Of a stretch of 11,173 bases of DNA, positions 7,740 through 11,173 are shown piece by piece. The notes below the pieces were generated by a model. The model did no database searches. It worked only from the letters and a program-made list of their open reading frames with translations, and was not told the DNA's origin. Source of the DNA: Fonticula alba ATCC 38817 (lineage: Eukaryota > Protista > Nucleariida); the NCBI GenBank assembly GCA_000388065.2, contig KB932202.1; one strand, written 5' to 3'. Both the position numbers and the translations under genes were made by a program. The number at the start of each line of letters is the position of its first letter. Positions within the stretch are counted from its first letter, which is position 1.

Positions 7740-8656
7740 GGCTGCGCGCCGCGGGCCGGCGCGTCGGTGGGAGTGTGTGGGGAAAACCGCCGGTGCGGGG
7801 CGGGCGCCGGGACATCCGGGCCGGGATTCGGGAGAACGGGAGCGACAAATTCACGCCCAGGTGCTCGGGCGCCGCTTTGGGGGAGGGTGCGGGGGCGCGA
7901 GGCGGGGGGGGGGGGGGGGGGGGGGCCTCCGTCCGCCAGCCATCGGCGTTGAACGCGTTAGATCGGCCCCAGCGGGCATGCCCCACCTGTATCGCCCCCG
8001 CTCCGACCGCCGTTTCCTCGGTGTCGCTCCCCTTCCGGCCCTCGGCGTCCTGTGTCCGGCTGGCACCGAGGGGCCGCTGGAGTTGTGGGCCCCCGGGGCA
8101 TCCGGCCCGGCGGGGGCGCACAGGCGCTCTCCGTCCCATTTGTCTTTCTTTCGCTCTGTCCCTCCCCCCGCCGCACGCATCCACACGGGTCCTTCTCCAC
8201 ACACATGCATGCTCTTAAAAATACGCAGCCGCCCTTCCCCGCCCCCCCCCCCCGGCCAGCGGAGTTTCGGACACGCTCAACCTCGCTGAAAATGGCCACA
8301 CCGATGTCCCATATTTCGACGATCGTGAATCACGTCGCGGGTCATGCGAGGCCCCGGCCGCGGCACATGATCACACACGACGATCGTCTGAGGTCGCGGA
8401 CGCCATTGCGTGAGTGGTGCCAACGCAGGGCGGGTCGAGTGCGGGCGGGGGTCTATTTTTCGGTCGGGGCCGCCTCGCAGGCCACAAGAGGGGGAGGGGG
8501 GGAGGGGGGGGAGGGGGCGCGCTGAAGAGGCCGGGAGGGACGGGGAGGGACGGGGAGGGGCGAGATGTGGCGGGACGGCATCTCGGCTCCGGGTCGCCGG
8601 GCCTCGTTCGCTGTCTTTTGCGCGGGCTGGCCAGACGCCCTTCAAGGGCGGCGTGA

Positions 8657-9913
8657 CTAGGAGGAGGCAGGAGCGGCGGCGGCGGCAGCGGGGGCGGCCG
8701 GCTGGATGGTGGCCGAGGCCGGGGCCGGGACCGGCTGGACCTTGCCGGTGGGCCCGGCAGCCGGCTCAACATCGGTCGGCGGGGTGTAGGACTGGATGTG
8801 CTCCCAGATGCCGGTGGCCATCTCCTCGGCGGGGGTGTTCTGGCCGTAGAAGTCGACAAAGCGACCGGCCGGGTCCAGCAGGTAGACGAAGATCGAGTGG
8901 TCCACCAGGTAATCCTCGCCGCCCAGCGACTGGGGGATGGGCGAGAAGTAGACGCGGTAGGCGCGGGCCGCCTGGCCGAGGGCCTCGCGCGTGCCGGTGA
9001 GCCCGATGAAGTTCGGGTCGAAGTCTGCGGCGGAGCAGCGCGCGGGGGGGGGGGGGAGGGGGGGAGAGCCCGAGGGGNNNNNNNNNNNNNNNNNNNNNNN
9101 NNNNNNNNNNNNNNNNNNNNNNNNNNNNNNNNNNNNNNNNNNNNNNNNNNNNNNNNNNNNNNNNNNNNNNNNNNNNNNNNNNNNNNNNNNNNNNNNNNNN
9201 NNNNNNNNNNNNNNNNNNNNNNNNNNNNNNNNNNNNNNNNNNNNNNNNNNNNNNNNNNNNNNNNNNNNNNNNNNNNNNNNNNNNNNNNNNNNNNNNNNNN
9301 NNNNNNNNNNNNNNNNNNNNNNNNNNNNNNNNNNNNNNNNNNNNNNNNNNNNNNNNNNNNNNNNNNNNNNNNNNNNNNNNNNNNNNNNNNNNNNNNNNNN
9401 NNNNNNNNNNNNNNNNNNNNNNNNNNNNNNNNNNNNNNNNNNNNNNNNNNNNNNNNNNNNNNNNNNNNNNNNNNNNNNNNNNNNNNNNNNNNNNNNNNNN
9501 NNNNNNNNGGGGGCCAGGCCGAGGGGGGAGGCACAGCAAGCACGGCGAGGGGCACGGGGCAGGGAGGGGCATGTGCGGCCACGCACCGGACAGGTACTCG
9601 GCCACGGCGGCCGGGGTGTCGCGCGCCGGGTCCAGGGTGATGAAAACGTTGTTGACCTGGTGGGTCTCGGGCACGGCGGCGGCCTGGCCACCGGCCTTGG
9701 CCAGGGCCAGGGCCTGGATCTGCTTGGTGGCGGCCACCATCTTGTCCAGCTCCTCGGGGCAGACATCCGGGCAGTGGGTGAAGCCGAAGTACAGGAGGGC
9801 ATGCTTGCCATGGAGATCGCGGTCCGAGAAGGGGGCCTCGGTCTTGGCGTTGATCAGCTCGAAGGGCCCGCCGAGGCGCGGCTTGCCGTAGGAGGCCTTC
9901 TGCTCCTTCTGGG

Positions 9914-9946
<33 letters not shown>

Positions 9947-10436
9947 TAGGAGGGCGATGGTGAGAGGCATGCGGCCCAGCAGTGCGGGGAGGAGGGGGGG
10001 GGGCGGGGAGGGGGCACGCACAAATCTCGAGCATCTTGGCGCGCTCGGTCTCAAAATAGTCGGTCAGCTTATACCCGACAGCACCCATCAGGGCCAGGCT
10101 GACCCAGGAGAGGGGATGGCTGAAGGGGTTCCGGGGACCAGACGAGGCGGCACCGGAGGAGGCGGCACCGGAGGAGGCGGCACCGGCGTTGGAGGCCGTC
10201 GAAGTAGCGGAGGCCGTCGAAGTAGCGGAGGCCGGGGCGGCCGGGGCGGCCGGGGCGGCACCAGCAGCCGGCGGGGCCGGGGCGGCCGACGTGCCCGCGG
10301 TAGGGGCGCCCTCGCCCGGGGCCGAGGAGAGGTGCCGGGTGGGCGGCCGAGCGGCGCCCGGCCGGGGGAGCACCCGGGGGGCGGCGGCCGCACAGGCGCG
10401 GCGGAGGAAGGCGGGCTGGGACAGGCGAGAGAACAT
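8657..10436 (-). CDS. SCO1: SCO1/SenC mitochondrial copper chaperone for cytochrome c oxidase assembly, about 369 aa. Exons 10436-10022, 9913-9587, 9024-8657
   Basis: GKPRLGGPFEL, LLYFGFTHCPDVCPEEL (CxxxC), FITLDPARD, FIGLTG and DYLVDHSIFVYLLDPAG (copper-binding His). Arg-rich, acid-free N-terminal presequence and a TM segment (WVSLALMGAVGY). Donors GTGCGT x2 and CAG acceptors are phase-consistent (415+327+368=1110 nt). Confidence 0.97.
9078..9508. other. Assembly gap (431 N) inside SCO1 intron 2
   Basis: N run. Confidence 1.
9915..9944. repeat. (TG)15 microsatellite, (CA)15 on the gene strand, directly abutting the SCO1 intron 1 acceptor
   Basis: Read directly. Confidence 0.95.
10144..10233 (-). 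repeat. Coding tandem repeats in SCO1 exon 1: 15-nt unit x about 3 (GAASS) and 18-nt unit x2 (ASATST)
   Basis: gaggcggcaccggag at 10144, 10159 and 10174 (last copy partial); ggaggccgtcgaagtagc at 10191 and 10209. Confidence 0.9.
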
Positions 10437-10823
10437 GCTGCTTCCGACGAGGCTGGGTCCGGTCGAGGGAGATGGAATGGGCGGTGCGCAGGAGGGGCGT
10501 GTGCGCGAGGGGCTGGCGGGGAACTGGGGAGGGGTGGCGGTGCGGCTGCACCTGGCAGGCGTGCGGCTTCGGGCCGGTCGCTGATGGGGGGGCGCCCCCG
10601 TCCGCCCGGACTACCCGGCCCGGGGGCCGAGCGCCGCCGCCGCCGCCGCCGCAAACACATGTGTCTGCCCGTGTCCCTGGGGGGGGGGGGGCACTGGGGG
10701 TGTGTCCCCCGGACGCGCTCGGCCTGGTCGCCGGGGTGGAGCACAATCGGCAACCCACATTAACTGGCCGGCCAGGGCCGCGGGCGGCACATTCATATAG
10801 CCGGAGCCCGGGCTAGACGCCGT

Positions 10824-10896
10824 GCTCCTGTGGCTCAGTAGGTAGAGCGTGGGACTGTTAATCCCAAGGTCCGCGGTTCGATCCCGTGCGGGAGCG
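10824..10896 (+). tRNA. tRNA-Asn(GUU): tRNA-Asn (anticodon GTT at 10857-10859), intronless, 73 nt
   Basis: Acceptor stem GCTCCTG/CGGGAGC; D-arm GCTC-AGTAGGTA-GAGC; anticodon arm TGGGA-CTGTTAA-TCCCA; variable loop AGGTC; T-arm CGCGG-TTCGATC-CCGTG; discriminator G; no encoded CCA. Confidence 0.97.
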
Positions 10897-10904
10897 CGTC
10901 TCTC

Positions 10905-10910
10905 TTTTTT
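10905..10910 (+). terminator. RNA polymerase III terminator (T6)
   Basis: TTTTTT begins 9 nt after the tRNA 3' end. Confidence 0.85.
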
Positions 10911-10976
10911 GGCCGTTTCCCCTCTGCGTGCCAACTCTCCGGGCGTTGGCGCGCCCGTGGCCGCGGCGGCGGCGGT

Positions 10977-11035
10977 GGCAGACGGCAGGAGGCAAGCGGC
11001 AGGCGGTGGCAGACGGCAAGCGGCAGACGGCAGGC
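10977..11035 (+). repeat. Eight degenerate 7-mers GGCARRV with one GGT interruption
   Basis: ggcagac ggcagga ggcaagc ggcaggc [ggt] ggcagac ggcaagc ggcagac ggcaggc. Confidence 0.8.
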
Positions 11036-11173
11036 AGCGGCGCAGCCCGGGGCGGGTCTCCTCGCGCCCGCCTGGGCATGGCACCCTTTTTGCCGGACCG
11101 CCTTGGCCTGCCGGGGCGGCGGCCCCTCTTCGCCAGCCTTCTCCGTCGCGCTCGCTCCCCGCCCCCGCCGCTC

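Noticed and set aside
8254-8331. Protein-like minus-strand peptide FTIVEIWDIGVAIFSEVERVRNSAG
   Set aside because: It is preceded by an in-frame TGA, with no ATG or AG acceptor to enter the frame at its start.
8371-8406. Minus-strand ATG giving MASATSDDRRV* as the start of the orphan gene
   Set aside because: It stops after 11 codons and has no convincing phase-compatible splice path. At most it is a uORF.
8260-8480. Assignment as U1, U3, U11, RNase MRP, SRP RNA or a tRNA-like element
   Set aside because: There is no U1 5' ACTTACC or stem I pairing, no U3 box A/A', no U11 5' AAAGG, and no complete P4, acceptor or T arm. Only isolated words match.
1-11173. CRISPR array, transposon, endogenous viral element or rRNA
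   Set aside because: No repeat-spacer periodicity, terminal repeats, transposase, RT or capsid motifs, or rRNA signature was seen. All repeats are micro- or minisatellites.

Overview
This is a very GC-rich, compact, intron-containing eukaryotic genomic window, probably from a unicellular opisthokont or protist draft assembly (lineage is inference only). It has four N-gaps, all inside predicted introns. Manual splicing (GT-AG, phase-checked) gives five protein-coding genes and one tRNA gene. In order: a CECR5/HDHD5-family HAD hydrolase (-, runs off the left edge); an 8-finger TFIIIA-like C2H2 protein (-); FCF2 (+, head-to-head with the TFIIIA-like gene); a large orphan protein (-, tail-to-tail with FCF2); SCO1 (-); and tRNA-Asn(GUU) (+, divergent from SCO1). 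Most long ORFs in the supplied track are GC-rich antisense or off-frame shadows, or read through introns. I found no mobile element, CRISPR array or clearly new multi-gene system. The leads most worth checking are an unexplained exon-like, hairpin-forming island at about 8260-8460, the atypical TFIIIA architecture and its divergent pairing with FCF2, CA-repeat-filled 3' intron ends, and a GTRCG donor bias.
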